Shown here piece after piece: positions 1 through 13,389 of a stretch of DNA of 64,000 nucleotides; position 1 is the stretch's first letter; every line of letters starts with the position of its first letter. Made by a program: the position numbers and the translations under genes. This stretch comes from Podarcis muralis (lineage: Eukaryota): the NCBI RefSeq assembly GCF_964188315.1, contig NC_135655.1:46748001-46812000 (forward strand), in the 5' to 3' direction. The notes beneath the pieces were generated by a model. The model did no database searches. It was not told the DNA's origin and saw only the letters and a list, made by a program, of their open reading frames with translations.

Positions 1-599
1 AGTGGCGGGTAGTTCCAAGGGTGGAACTGAAACAACAGGGGAGTGTTATATGTATAACAACTGTTTGTTTTCTTCTCTGGATCATGCTTTGCTCGCAGCG
101 CACATTGATTCATATGGGGGAGTATGTTACGTTATAGAAGCAATGCAACTGCGAGCTGCTGGTAGATTGAAAACATCACATGATGGAATGTTGGGACTGT
201 TCCGTGGGAAACAGAGGGACAGTCAATTCACAGTGCAGAGGGCACCGGAATTAGCTCAGAGCTGTACAGGAAGTGTTTGTTCCCTCTTGACTGCTGGAGT
301 TTGAAGAGAGCAGTCATGTTTTTTGTAACGCTGCAAAGACAGAAATAAAGGCATGTAAATACGTTTTCTGTCTATCTCTTTCCCCTGCCGGGGGGGGGGG
401 AGAAAAGAGGGGTGTGTTCTTCTCACGCTGAGAAGGATTGCCTATCGCGACCTCTGCCTGGATCTTGCGGGGAAAGCAGACAGGGAGGTCAACAGGAGAC
501 CAAGCCAGGTGCCTGGGAGAGTTGCCAGTTTCTCCTGATAAAGGCTTGATTTCCGACAGACTCCATCCAGCAGTTTCCTGTAGATTAACATCCTGTAGA

Positions 600-960
600 T
601 TAACATGTTTAACAGCATGGGGGCCATGCTTGGTCCCTAAGGAGCCCTGCATTGAAGACTTTGTGAAGCTGAAAAGCACTCCCGAAGCATCATCCTGTGG
701 AAATGACTATCCAAGTAGGACCAGAACCACCGCAAAGCAGTGCTGCCCACCCTCACACTGGGACAACAACTCCAGAAGGATACTATGGTGAATGGTATTG
801 AAAGCCGCTGAGAGATCAATAGGATTAACAGGGAATTAACACATTCTCCCATCGCTCTCCTGACTGAGGTCATCATACAGCACAACAAAAGCAGTTTCCA
901 TGGCCAAACAGACCTAAACCTTGATTAAAATGGATGCAGAAAATTGGTTTCATCCAAGAG
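600..960 (-). mobile_element. Degraded L2 LINE reverse-transcriptase fragment
   Basis: Minus-strand translations (ORFs 637-888, 442-627) give STALRWFWSYL...SLQCRAP / MAPMLLNM, matching RT motifs of the L2 at 15351-15803 (QWFRSFL...CGVPQGSVLSPMLF). Confidence 0.7.
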
Positions 961-1285
961 AGCCTGGCTCTGGCTCACAACCAGTCGCTCAAAATATACA
1001 AGTAAGCGTTTATTTCTTTGTTTTAAAAGACAAAAAGCAGTGATTAAAAACACTGAAAGTACAAATGCTAACATTTTTTTATCAAAATAGGTGTAAAATG
1101 GTTGAGAAGTCCTAATGTTATGAATAATTTCTTCTGAATAAACCCTAAAGGGAGATTACTGAACGTTGCTATGGACAAAAGAGGGATGCTTTAATCCTTA
1201 AGTTCCAAAGTTCTGCTGATAGCAGACTGATCTTATTATATAGGGACCAATTTCAGTGTTGCACATAGAGGTGACTGGATCTCAT

Positions 1286-1302
1286 CTCTCTCTCTCTCTC
1301 TG

Positions 1303-1342
<40 letters not shown>
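1286..1342. repeat. (TC)n(AC)n compound microsatellite
   Basis: Directly visible dinucleotide runs. Confidence 0.95.
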
Positions 1343-1345
<3 letters not shown>

Positions 1346-2194
1346 GTTGCAAATATTGGCCACAGATACTGCAGCTGAGGGAGGAAGGAGCTTCAATGCT
1401 CTATTCCACAGCATCCCAGCTCTTCCCTTTTCAGTACAGTTGAAGGTGAAGCAGCCTGCAGAGGAAAAAGGGGAAGGTGGAAGCAGTATTATGCCCTTGT
1501 TAGACCTTCCTCTTTCCAGACTAGAAATTGGAATGTGGGGCTCAGCTGCTCTTTTACTCTCCAAAATTTCATAGGTGAAGTAGGCACACTTATTTGAAAC
1601 CATAGGAAACTAAAGCCCAGGGAATGAGGCTGCTAGTCCCCGAGACAGCTAATCTTACACAGTGGCATCTGGCTTTTTGCTTATAGTCTGAGGTCTGCAC
1701 TTGCTCATAGTCCTCGCTGGCACTGTTTTGAGCCTGGTCCTCAGCTATCCGTCTCTCCACTGTAAATGGAGAAAACCACCTTTCTTTGCTTCTACAGAGG
1801 TTCCAAATAAAAGGCAAGTGTAGAAAACCAGGACGTACCTCTCTAAAAAAACACACACCCTCATTTCAGAGATAACATGTTTTTCTGCCAGAAAAAGTAT
1901 TAGAAAAAGTTAGTCTGTTAAAGCCTATAAAACAATTTGTTCTACCAAGACACTGCTGATTTACTACAAATTCATATTATCCCAAAGATGTATTTAAATT
2001 AGTTTGTATGTGTGTGCTGTATAATGTTGTAACTCTTTGTGACATATTTCAATTACATATTACTTTTCAAAACTGCTTTGAGGTTTCCCCCCTACAATCA
2101 AGTGGTATATAAATTTTATTAAACAAACAAACAAACAAACATTTGCAGGTGCCGTCATCTTTTATAAAATCAAAATTACATTTAAAAAGAACTA

Positions 2195-2338
2195 GGTTAA
2201 GTCAGTAGGGCAGAGACTCTTAATCTCAGGGTTGTGGATTCAAGCCCATGTTGGGCAAAAGATTCTTGGATTGCAGGGGGCTGGAGTAGAAGACCTTCAG
2301 GATCCCTTCAAACTCTACAATTCTATGATTTTATGATA
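2195..2338 (+). mobile_element. tRNA-Lys-derived SINE with CR1-like tail
   Basis: Head gtcagtagggcagagactcttaatctcagggttgtggattcaagccc resembles tRNA-Lys(CTT); tail ...aactctacaattctatgatt; second copy at ~48060-48200. Confidence 0.65.
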
Positions 2339-2557
2339 AGAGAGTATTTTAATTTCTTTATAAAAATGTATTCTGCTTAATATATATTTAGAGTGTGACC
2401 CGTAACACTCAGTAAATCAAAACAAAACTATTTGTCACAAATAAAATTGATTTTGTCATGAAAATAAAAGAAAAAAATATTCTGGAAATCCATTATCATG
2501 TTTTAAATGCTATGGAATTTTAAAAAGCCATGTCAGGTTTCTGGTGTTGAAAGCTTC

Positions 2558-2668
2558 AAAAATAAGTCATGCCAGACCAATCTGATTTCTTTTTTTTTTT
2601 TGATGGAATTACAAACTTGGTGAATGAGGGAAATGCTGTGGATATAGTCTATCTTGATTCAGTAAGGC
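2558..2668 (+). mobile_element. CR1 LINE RT fragment
   Basis: Translates (with an indel in a T run) to KNKSCQTNLISFFDGITNLVNEGNAVDIVYLD, a typical CR1 RT segment. Confidence 0.7.
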
Positions 2669-3375
2669 TGTTTATCTACTTGCACTGGTATGCAAACAAT
2701 ACTGCCAATTGTAGTTCATGAGGAAGCTCAGGCTTGATGATCTGGGTCTGCACTAAGAGACAGCCAAGATGGTCTCTGGCCTCTTCAGCAGCCTCAGCTT
2801 TTGTAGCTGGACTCATAACTACAACATAACTAAAGTAGTCATAAGCAATAAAGAAAACATAAAAAATATACAACCAAACTGAACAATTTCCACATAAATC
2901 ACAAGATCTATAATAAAGATACAAAAAACCAGCAACAGCAGCAACCACCACCCCTCCCAACAAAATCCGGCAAACAACACCCCAGCTCAAGGGTGTGTTC
3001 AGCAGTGTCAGCTTTTGTAGCTGAAGTCAGTCAGGGCCCCTCCCTCCTAGGTCAGGTGGGAAAAGGCTGCAAGGCAGAGAGCAGGTCTTCCAGGACTCGC
3101 AGCCAAGAGTCACCGCCAAGATGCCCTTGGGATGAGGGGCAGCTGCCCTCTATGCCCTGCATGTGTGATGGTAGGGCAAGGAGTGAGCCACCTCAGAATG
3201 AGTAGACACATTGGAGAATTTTGAATGTGAGCCTTTTCATCAAAAGGAGCATGTATGCAACAGCTACAGTGTGACTCTGTGGACCAGATGGACAAGTAAA
3301 GACTTCCTATAATTTGTTTTAAAAACACCTTCATATAAAATTAATAGCATTTGATACAAACTACTCCAACCTGCA

Positions 3376-3730
3376 GGTGGCGCTGTGGGTAAAACCTCAG
3401 TGCCTAGGACTTGCCGATCGCATGGTCAGCAGTTCAAATCACCGCAGCGGGGTGAGCTCCCGTCTTTCGGTCCCAGCTCCTGCCCACCTAGCAGTTCGAA
3501 AGCACTCTTAAGTGCAAGTAGATAAATAGGTACCGCTTTCTAGCGGCAAGGTAAACGGCGTTTCCGTGTGCTGCGCTGGTGCCGGCTCGCCAGAGCAGCT
3601 TCGTCACGCTGACCACGTGACCCGGAAGTGTCTCCGGACAGCACTGGCCCCCGGCCTCTAGAGTGAGATGGGCGCACAACCCTAGAGTCGGACATGACTG
3701 GCCTGTACGGGCAGGGGTACCTTTACCTTT
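3376..3730 (+). mobile_element. Sauria SINE, full length
   Basis: tRNA-like head ggtggcgctgtgggtaaaacc, (accttt)n tail, 13-bp target-site duplication actccaacctgca (3363-3375 / 3731-3743). Confidence 0.9.
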
Positions 3731-3986
3731 ACTCCAACCTGCAACTAATATCTTATTGTAAATTTATGAGATCTATGGATTTAGGGCGTTATACAAATTT
3801 AATAAAATAATAATAATTAAAAACTCCCCCTTCGCCTTACCTGCTATTGCTGCATATTGCTGGCCAAATCTCTGTATGGCAGGCAACTTGCTGTTCACAT
3901 ATCCTGCTTCCAGCCCTTCAGTGGCACAAGAAATACTATATCTATACCAAATTTGTTCGTGACAAGGCCATAGGAACTCCTACTAG

Positions 3987-4079
3987 CGCATAGCTGTCAA
4001 CGTTTCCCTTTTCCAAGGGAAATTCCCTTGTTCCAAATAGGATTCCTCACAAGAAAAGGGAAAAGTTGACAGCTATGCG
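3987..4079. mobile_element. Short inverted-repeat element (MITE-like hairpin)
   Basis: Terminal inverted repeats cgcatagctgtcaac / gttgacagctatgcg about 90 bp apart, ~170 bp upstream of the conserved ADAM-A upstream block. Confidence 0.6.
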
Positions 4080-4249
4080 ACTAGGTATTCTTCCATTGCC
4101 CTGCACTCAGTTCCCATGATTACCTGACACTATGGTCCTCAGCCTATCAGCACTCCTTTCTGTTCTTCCTGTTAAGTCCCCTGTCAGGCACTCTGACCCG
4201 CTTCCCGCTCGCCCAGTCTCTGCATTCTATTCTGTCCCTAATCACCAAG

Positions 4250-4399
4250 GCCCGCCCACATTCCAAAGGTAAATCTACAGACGGTTGCTATCATCAGAAT
4301 CCTTCTCTCTCTATAGGAGTGTCCTTCTCATTTTGCTTTGGGCCCACAACAGGCTATCCCATGGGGTGCCTTAGTGCATTCTTTCATCTGTCAGGGAAG
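4250..4399 (+). promoter_or_regulatory. Conserved ADAM upstream block: GC-box, putative 5'-UTR intron (4269-4394), X-box-like motif
   Basis: CCCGCCCACATTCCAAAG|GTAAAT...GTTGCTAT... and pyrimidine-rich CAG 5 nt before the ATG. Homologous blocks at ~18650, 23412, 29833, 38586, 44295 (degenerate) and 45071. Confidence 0.6.
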
Positions 4400-6598
4400 A
4401 TGACAAGCAGTCTTCCCTGGCTGCTGGTGCTGATCTCATGGAATGTGTTGAGTGAGACTGCAGGTCAGAACCCTCCACAGGGCTATAGGTATGCCTCCTA
4501 TGAGATGATTGTCCCAAGGAAATTAACCCCCCGATATGGACAAAACCCCCACACTATCACTTACTTGCTGCAAATTGAGGGGAAGGGCCACATCGTGAAG
4601 CTCAGGAAAAAGAAGAGCTTTGTGCCTAAACATTTCCCTGTCTTCACTTACAGTAGGGAGGGGGACCTTCAGATGGACTATCCTTTCATCAGAGATGACT
4701 GCTTCTACCGCGGCTTGGTAAAAGGCCATCCTGCCTCTCGAGTCACCCTCAGCACTTGCTCGGGGGGACTCAGGGGTCTGTTGCACTTAGAAAACCGCAC
4801 CTATGAAATTGAACCTGTTCAGGCATCTGCTACTTCTCAACATGTGTTGTATAGATTGGAGGAAATGGTGGGTGCTGTACGAATGAGGTGTGGGCTAACA
4901 GAGGAAGAGCAAAGACGCCAAGAGGCCATGATCCAAAGCACAAATAATGTAACAGTTCAAATTGATGCGAAAAGAGCCTGGTGGACACACACCAGATACT
5001 TGGAGCTTGCCATTGTGATAGAACATGAACGATATGTCAGGTTTGACAGAAATGAAAGTCGTATTGCTTTGCAAGTTCTAGATATTATCCATGCTGCAAA
5101 CTCAATATATGAGCCACTTGCTGTTGAGTTGTCTATAGCTGGCCTGGAGATTTGGTCAGAAAAGAACCTCATGAAAATCGAAGACACAATAGAACAAACA
5201 CTGCTCAATTTTGCCACGTTTGTAAGAGAGTCACTAAGTAAACATATAGATCTTGATGCTGCTCACTTATTTGTATATAAAAGTTTTGGAAATACACTTG
5301 GATTAGCGTACGTAAGAACAATTTGTCTTGCCCACTGGGCAACTGGTGTTGAGTCATATATGACTTACAGTTTGTTTGATTTTACTGTTATATTTGCCCA
5401 TGAATTAGGACATAATCTTGGAATGAAACATGATGAAAAATACTGCACTTGTGATCGACATGCTTGCGTTATGGCTGCATATGGAGTAAGCACAGATAAG
5501 TTTAGCAATTGCAGTTACAAGGATTACTTCTCAGTAAGGAACAGACAGTGTTTGTTAGTTCCACTAGACCCTGATCTAATGTATAAATTTGCATACTGTG
5601 GAAACAAAGTAGTGGAAGATAAAGAGGAATGTGACTGTGGCTCAACAGAGCAATGCAAGTTGGATCCATGTTGCCAGTCTAATTGCATGTTGAGTCCAAG
5701 TGCTGCTTGTGCTTTTGGAGAGTGCTGTGTTGAGTGTCAGTATCTTCCAGTTCATAAGGTTTGCAGAGAACAGGTCAGCAGCTGTGATCTCCCTGAGTAC
5801 TGCAACGGGACTTCAGAATGGTGTCCTGAAGATGTTTATGTACAAGATGGTGCCCCGTGTAGTGATGGTGCATATTGCTATCATGGGAATTGCACAACTC
5901 ACACTGGGCAGTGCAGAATGATCTTTGGCAACAAAGCAACCAGTGCATCAAAGGATTGCTTCAGTGAAATGAATGCTCGAGGTGATCGCTTTGGCAACTG
6001 TGGGCTTAGACATGACACTTATAAGAAATGTGATACTCAGAACATCTTGTGCGGCCGAATCCAGTGTGAAAATGTTGATACAGTACCTTCTTTGGAGGAA
6101 CACAGCACCATAATTAATACGCCTCTTGGCAATAGGCATTGCTGGAGTACAGATTACCATCCTGGAATGGAGATACCTGATATTGGAGCAGTGAGAGATG
6201 GGACTCCTTGTGGCACAGAAATGATGTGTATTAATGGGGAGTGCAAGAAAGTGTCTCTCTTGAAATATGATTGCAATGTCACAAAGTGTCATAATCGAGG
6301 AATATGCAACACCTACAAACATTGTCATTGTGATTATGGCTGGGCTCCTCCAGATTGTTTCAATGAAGGCTATGGCGGCAGCATTGACAGTGGACCTCCT
6401 CCACCAAGGAAGGCTTCACAGCATATTGGCATCATCATAGGAATTATAGCAGCAATTGTATTTCTTGTTTTTACTGTTGTTGCTATACTTGGGCTGGGTA
6501 ATTATTTCAGAGAGCGGTTTGTAAAAAAACCAGAAAGAACATATGAAGAAGATATAAAAAAGGAAGAAAATCCTGTCCCAACTGAATCAGAGAATTGA
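4400..6598 (+). CDS. ADAM20/ADAM21-like metalloproteinase-disintegrin, copy A (single coding exon, ~732 aa)
   Basis: ATG at 4400 (aagATG) starts signal peptide MTSSLPWLLVLISW; prodomain with MRCGLT Cys-switch; HELGHNLGMKHD zinc motif plus CVM Met-turn; disintegrin (CGNKVVE...CDLPEYC), Cys-rich, EGF, TM and short tail. Intronless CDS upstream of SYNJ2BP fits the ADAM20/21 locus; exact orthology not assignable by eye. Confidence 0.93.
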   Translation: MTSSLPWLLVLISWNVLSETAGQNPPQGYRYASYEMIVPRKLTPRYGQNPHTITYLLQIEGKGHIVKLRKKKSFVPKHFPVFTYSREGDLQMDYPFIRDDCFYRGLVKGHPASRVTLSTCSGGLRGLLHLENRTYEIEPVQASATSQHVLYRLEEMVGAVRMRCGLTEEEQRRQEAMIQSTNNVTVQIDAKRAWWTHTRYLELAIVIEHERYVRFDRNESRIALQVLDIIHAANSIYEPLAVELSIAGLEIWSEKNLMKIEDTIEQTLLNFATFVRESLSKHIDLDAAHLFVYKSFGNTLGLAYVRTICLAHWATGVESYMTYSLFDFTVIFAHELGHNLGMKHDEKYCTCDRHACVMAAYGVSTDKFSNCSYKDYFSVRNRQCLLVPLDPDLMYKFAYCGNKVVEDKEECDCGSTEQCKLDPCCQSNCMLSPSAACAFGECCVECQYLPVHKVCREQVSSCDLPEYCNGTSEWCPEDVYVQDGAPCSDGAYCYHGNCTTHTGQCRMIFGNKATSASKDCFSEMNARGDRFGNCGLRHDTYKKCDTQNILCGRIQCENVDTVPSLEEHSTIINTPLGNRHCWSTDYHPGMEIPDIGAVRDGTPCGTEMMCINGECKKVSLLKYDCNVTKCHNRGICNTYKHCHCDYGWAPPDCFNEGYGGSIDSGPPPPRKASQHIGIIIGIIAAIVFLVFTVVAILGLGNYFRERFVKKPERTYEEDIKKEENPVPTESEN

Positions 6599-6738
6599 AC
6601 AATACACTGAATGTGTCAAATAGATGCACAGGAAATAATGGACAGTATTATGCAGAGATACATTTAAGTTTCTAAAGTTTTTAAAGCCCTTCTTCATTAT
6701 ATTTGTCTACTAGGCACAACAGGGCAGAACTCTGCAAT

Positions 6739-7909
<1,171 letters not shown>

Positions 7910-8683
7910 ACAATGCACTGAAAATGATGTGCAAATTGATAATGGACAATATTATACAGAAATACATTTAAGTCTTTAACCTTTTGATTACTCTTAAAAG
8001 TTAGGGGTATTTTTTAATTATTTTTTTCAGCTAGGCACTACAAACAGGAAAATTTTGCAATGTGGTCTATATTCTCTAACTCTCATATGTATCTTCCTCA
8101 AGCCCACAGCAGGAAAAGCCCTGGGCAGGAGGGGCTAAACCCTCTGTGAAAGAAAATCCCATTCACACAGAAATTTACATAGTGATTCTGTTGAAATAAC
8201 TGAGATGCTAACCTAAGATATGCTGGCTGTCTAGCAATAATATTGCAGCTGATTGGCTTAGCTACTGAACAGCAGAAACGTATGCAGTCTTAGTTATTTC
8301 CACCAGTGTAGGATGGGCGTTGAAAAAGGTACTGTGGAAGCAAAAAACATGAATGTTATAATGCTAAAATATACAACAACCTTACTTATAAGTAGCTTTT
8401 CCTTAATCTTTATTTATATGCAGAAGATAGTGCATAAACACTGAAAGTACAAATGGCAATGTTTTCAATCCAATATAAGTATAAAATTGCTCTGAAGTCA
8501 AACAAATGAGATATATTAGTTTTACGGATAATTCCTTGAGTAAATCCTCAAGGATGATGATGATGATGATATTTTTATTATTTATACCCTGCCCACTCTG
8601 GGCAGCTTACAGCAAACATAAAGCATAATAAAACATCAAACATTAAAAACTCCCCTATAAGGTAAAGGTAAACCTGGATGGTT

Positions 8684-10494
8684 TGTTGTTGTTGTCGTTT
8701 AGTCATGTCCAACTCTTCGTGCCCCCATGGACCAGAGGACACCAGGCACTCCTGTCTTCCACTGCCTCCTACAGTTTGGTCAAACTCATGTTCGTAGCTT
8801 CGAGAACACTGTCCAACCATCTCATCCTCTGTCGTCCCCTTCTCCTTGTGCCCTCCATCTTTCCCAACATCAGGGTCTTTTCCAGGGAGTCTTCTCTTCT
8901 CATGAGGTGGCCAGAGTATTGGAGCCTCTGCTTCAGGATCCGTCCTTCCAGTGAGCACTCAGGGGTGATTTCCTTAAGAATGGAGAGGTTTGATCTTCTT
9001 GCAGTCCATGGGACTCTCAAGAGTCTCCTCCAGCACCGTATTTCAAAAGCATCCATTCTTCGGTGGTCAGCCTTCTTTATGGTCCAGCTCTCATTTCCAT
9101 ACATCACTACTGGGAAAACCATAGCTTTAACTATATGGACCTTTTTTGGCAAGGTGATGTCTCTGCTTTTTAAGATGCTGTCTAGATTGGAGAATGAATG
9201 AATCTTTATTTGCGTCAGCCATCGGCCATAGCAATCTGTCTAGATTTGTCATTGCTTTTCTCCCAAGAAGCAGGCGTCTTTTAGTTTTGTGACTGCTGTC
9301 ACCATCTGCAGTGATCATGGAACCCAAGAAAGTAAAATCTCTCACTGCCTCCCTTTCTTCCCCTTCTATTTGCCAGGAGGTGATGGGACCAGTGGCCATG
9401 ATCTTCGTTTTTTTGATGTTGAGCTTCAGACCATATTTTGCCCTCTCCTCTTTCACCCTCATTAAAAGGTTCTTTAATTCCTCCTCACTTTCTGCCATCA
9501 AGGTTGTGTCATCTGCATATCTGAGGTTGTTGATATTTCTTCTGGCAGTCTTAATTCCAGCTTGGGATTCATTCAGTCCAGCCTTTCTCATGATGCATTC
9601 TGCATACAGTGGTACCTTGGGTTAAGTACTTAATTCGTTCCGGAGGTCCGTTCTTAACCTGAAACTGTTCTTCACTTGAAGCACCACTTTAGCTAATGGG
9701 GGCCTCCTGCTGCCACCGCACTGCTGGAGCACGATTTCTGTTCCCATCCTGAAGCAAAGTTCTTTACCCGAGGTAATATTTCTGGGTTAGCGGGGTCTGT
9801 ACCCTGAAGCGTATGTATCCTGAAGCGCATGTAACCCGAGGTACCACTGTATACGTTAAATAATCAGGGAGACAATATACGGCCTTGCCGTACTCCTTTC
9901 CCAATTTTGAACCAATCAGTTGTTCCATATCCAGTTCTAACTGTAGTTTCTTGTCCCACATAGGGTTTTCTCAGGAGACAGATGAGGTGATCAGGCACTC
10001 CCATTTCTTTAAGAACTTGCCATAGTTTGCTGTGGTTGACACAGTCAAATGCTTTTGCGTAGTCAATGAAGCAGATGTAGATGTTTTTCTGGAACTCACT
10101 AGCTTTCTCCATAATCCAGTGCATGTTTGCAATTTGATCTCTGGTTCCTCTGCCCCTTTGAAATCCAGCTTGCACTTCTGGGAGTTCATGGTCCACATAC
10201 TGCTTAAGCCTGCCTTGTAGAATTTTAAGCATAACCTTGCTGGCGTGTGAAATGAGCGCAATTGTGCGGTAGTTGGAGCATTCTTTGTCACTGTCCTTCT
10301 TTGGGATTGGGATGTAGACTGATCTTCTCCAATACTCCAGTACTGCAGTGGCTTGCTGCTCCAGGTGGATCATGTTTAGTCAAAACTCTCCACTATGACC
10401 TGTCCATCTTGGGTGGCCCTGCACAACATAGCTCATAGCTTCTCTGAGTTATTCAATTCCCTTTGCCACAACAAGGCAGCAATCCATGAAGGAG
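8684..10494 (-). mobile_element. BovB (RTE) LINE, 5'-intact and internally deleted
   Basis: RT ORFs 9864-10373 (NYRTIALISHASKVMLKIL...GVRQG), 9127-9591 (NLRYADDTTL) and 8769-9152; (caa)n tail; BovB-like head at ~10345-10494; 11-bp TSD cctggatggtt (8673-8683 / 10495-10505). Confidence 0.9.
9607..9849. mobile_element. Tc1/mariner-type MITE (CAGTGGTACC family) nested in BovB
   Basis: TIR cagtggtacc / ggtaccactg flanked by TA on both sides; it splits the BovB RT reading frame. Confidence 0.9.
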
Positions 10495-12089
10495 CCTGGA
10501 TGGTTAAGTCCAGTCAAAGGCTACTATGGGGTGCAGTGCTCATTTTGCTTCAGGCCAAGGGAGCCTGCATTTGTCCACAGTAAGTTTTCTGAGCCATGTG
10601 GCCAGCATGACTAAGCCACTTCTGGCGCAATGGGGCACCATGATGAGTGCCGGAGTGCATGGAAACACCATGCCAAGAAGAAGGATGCACAAATTCATTT
10701 CAATTACGTTTATTCATGGAAATAGACAGGCCTGCTGCCTTGACCCTGCAACAGTGGGTGCCATGGGCATGCTGACATCACTGCGACTTATGCATGTGGT
10801 GTTGGCACGCCCCATGGTTTGTGTCTGCTGCAGAGTGGAATCTGGGAGCAGTGGCCCCTTCATTTAAAAATTGTGGGTGCCTGGGCACCCAGGGCCTGTT
10901 AGTTTCTGTTTGCCACTGAGCAATGCTTTGGAGTCACAAGACTTTTCATTCCACACATTCCATACTGTTGGAAGTCTGACGGGAGACGGATGTGACGGTA
11001 CTGGTTTCCTGTTCCTTTGTTTGTTTGCAGTTGCTCTCTGCTTTCACAGAGAGAGGGTGTATATTTCTTTGCTGTCTGCGTAGTAAGAAATAAAGCATAG
11101 CGACGTAGCCATAAATCTCATCACTTTCCTGTGCTGGAAACTCTGCTGAACAGGAATGTGCCTGAGGCCTCATCAAAGGCTCAGGTTGTTATCGTCGGAG
11201 GCATTTCCAAAGGACTTGTCCGGAGGAAAATGAGCTTTATAAGCTTGGCCGAGCGGAGATCCCGACAGGGCCCTACATGGTTGGCACCTATGGAAATAGA
11301 AGAACTAGAAATATCCTTTTTGAAATCAATTACAATACAATTGAATTTTGAAAAGCAGTGTTGAATTCCCTGGTATTGAATGTGATTTGCATACATTAAT
11401 AGTATATAGTTATTGTGAACCTTCAAAGGTGGATCAAACTCAATGTGACACATGAAGGTGACTGGATCTTATGAGATTATTCATTGTTAAAAAGCAGAAA
11501 TATGGCACACCAGATTAGTCATAGATAGTGACACTGAAGGAAGAAGGAATTTAAATATTTTGTCCTATACCTTTTCCTTGTTGACTAAGGCAATTGAGTG
11601 CATTTCTCTGGAAATGAGCTGCGTGCCTGCCCGTTGTTCCCTTTTGATGTTGCTTGTGTGAGCATGCAAGGGAGCCAGGCTGGTGGTCCCTGGGTTGAGC
11701 CAGGCAGGTCAACCTGATTTGGACAGCTGGGCTGTGGGGTGTGCACGGCTCTATTAAATACAACCTATTAAATCAGCTCTCGGTAATTAGCCTACCTCTT
11801 CACAAAATACACCCTACTTTCAGAAGTCATCATTTTTTTAAAAAAGCAGAAAAATATTATATGGTATAGGGCTTTTTTACTGTGATTCTTTGGTTGAATG
11901 ATTGCAAATCTATTTTACCTTCAAATGGCATTTAAATCACCGTGCACCAATCTGGGGGCAATGTGCGCTTATATTTCATTACTGGTGACTTATTTCAATT
12001 AAATATTAGTTTGAACATTTGCAAATGACCTTTAAGTTTTGTTTTCTAAAGTGGAATAAAGCAAGAATTACATTAAGAGAATATATATA

Positions 12090-12315
12090 CAGTGGTACCT
12101 CAGGTTAAGAACTTAATTTGTTCTGGAAATCCATTCTTAACCTGATACTGTTCTTAACTTGTAGTACCACTTTAGCTAATGGGGACTCCCGCTGCTGCCG
12201 TGCCACCGCCACACGATTTCTGTTCTCATCCTGAAGCAAAGTTCTTAACCCGAGGTACTATTTCTGGGTTAGCGGAGTCTGTAACCTGAGGCGTCTGTAA
12301 CCCGAAGTACCACTG
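12090..12315. mobile_element. CAGTGGTACC-family MITE
   Basis: Same TIRs, TA flanks and internal sequence as 9607-9849. Confidence 0.9.
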
Positions 12316-12329
12316 TAAAACATTAAACA

Positions 12330-12635
12330 TTAAAAAAAACCTTCTCTATATAGGGCTGCCTTTATATTTCTTCTAAAAGTTGTATAGTTATTTATCTTCT
12401 TGACAACTGATGGGAGGGCATTCCACAGGGCAGGCGCCACTACCAAAAAGGCCCTCTGCCTGGTTCCCTATAACTTCACTTTCTTCGGTGAAGGAACTTC
12501 AAGAAGGCTCTCGGCGCTGGACCTCAGCGTCAAGGCTGAACACTGGGGGTGGAGACACTCCTTTAGGTATATAGGGATGAGGCCATTTGGGGCTGTAAAG
12601 GTCAGCACCAACACTGATTTGTGCTTGGAGACATA
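12330..12635 (-). mobile_element. L2 LINE 3' fragment
   Basis: Reverse complement aligns with the 3' part of the L2 at ~16290-16570. Confidence 0.8.
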
Positions 12636-12872
12636 GTGGGAGCCCATCTAGGAATAATGTTCATTTCGAGAGCATTCAACTTTCTGCAAGTGGTAATGTT
12701 TACTGGCTCCCATCTATCAATATCTAGGGAAGCCTCTTTTTTAAAATTTATGTTTGTTATTTTATGTATTTCATTTATGTTTACTGTTACTAGCTGAGTT
12801 ATATCTCTTGGTGTTAACTTACAGATCTAGAATTGATATTGCTTCAGTGAATTTGCTTAAGTGAATGGGTAG

Positions 12873-13227
12873 GATGCTGGTGGCGCTGTGGGTTAAACCA
12901 CAGAGCCTCTTGGGCTTCCTGATCAGAAGGTCAGCGGTTTGAATCCCCACGACGGGGTGAGCTCCCGTTGCTCGGTCCCAGCTCCTGCCAACCTAGCAGT
13001 TTCGAAAGCACGTCAAAGTGCAAGTAGATAACTAGGTACCACTCCGGCGGGAAGGTAAACGGCATTTCCGTGCGCTGCTCTGGTTTCGGTGTTCTGTTGT
13101 GCCAGAAGTAGCTTAGTCATGCTGGCCACATGACCCGGAAAAACTGACCTGTAAAGCGAGATGAGCGCAGGAACCCCAGAGTCATCTGTGACTACACTCA
13201 ACTGTCGGGGTCATTTACCTTTACCTT
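12873..13227 (+). mobile_element. Sauria SINE, full length
   Basis: Head ggatgctggtggcgctgtggg, (accttt)n tail, 15-bp TSD ttaagtgaatgggta (12858-12872 / 13228-13242). Confidence 0.9.
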
Positions 13228-13389
13228 TTAAGTGAATGGGTAACTGAATTTTCACCTATTGGCATCAATTCCAATTTGGATCAATTAATCGAGTATCCTG
13301 ATATTTTACCCCAAGCTTCAATTGTTTATAGGAATACTAGTTTTTAAATGTTTTTTAAAAAATTCTTTTTTACCTTTTTAAATTCCTTT

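Larger units (their letters stand above)
8660..10760 (-). mobile_element. Old Sauria SINE split by a BovB insertion
   Basis: Tail ggtaaaggtaaa (8660-8672) continues after the BovB as aagtccagtcaaaggctactatgggg...tggccagcatgactaagcc, matching other Sauria copies. The right boundary is approximate. Confidence 0.7.

Noticed and set aside
11131-11364. ORF with a Rossmann-like 'AQVVIVGG' motif
   Set aside because: Short, non-ATG start, GxGxxG incomplete, and no splice context or further homology recognised.
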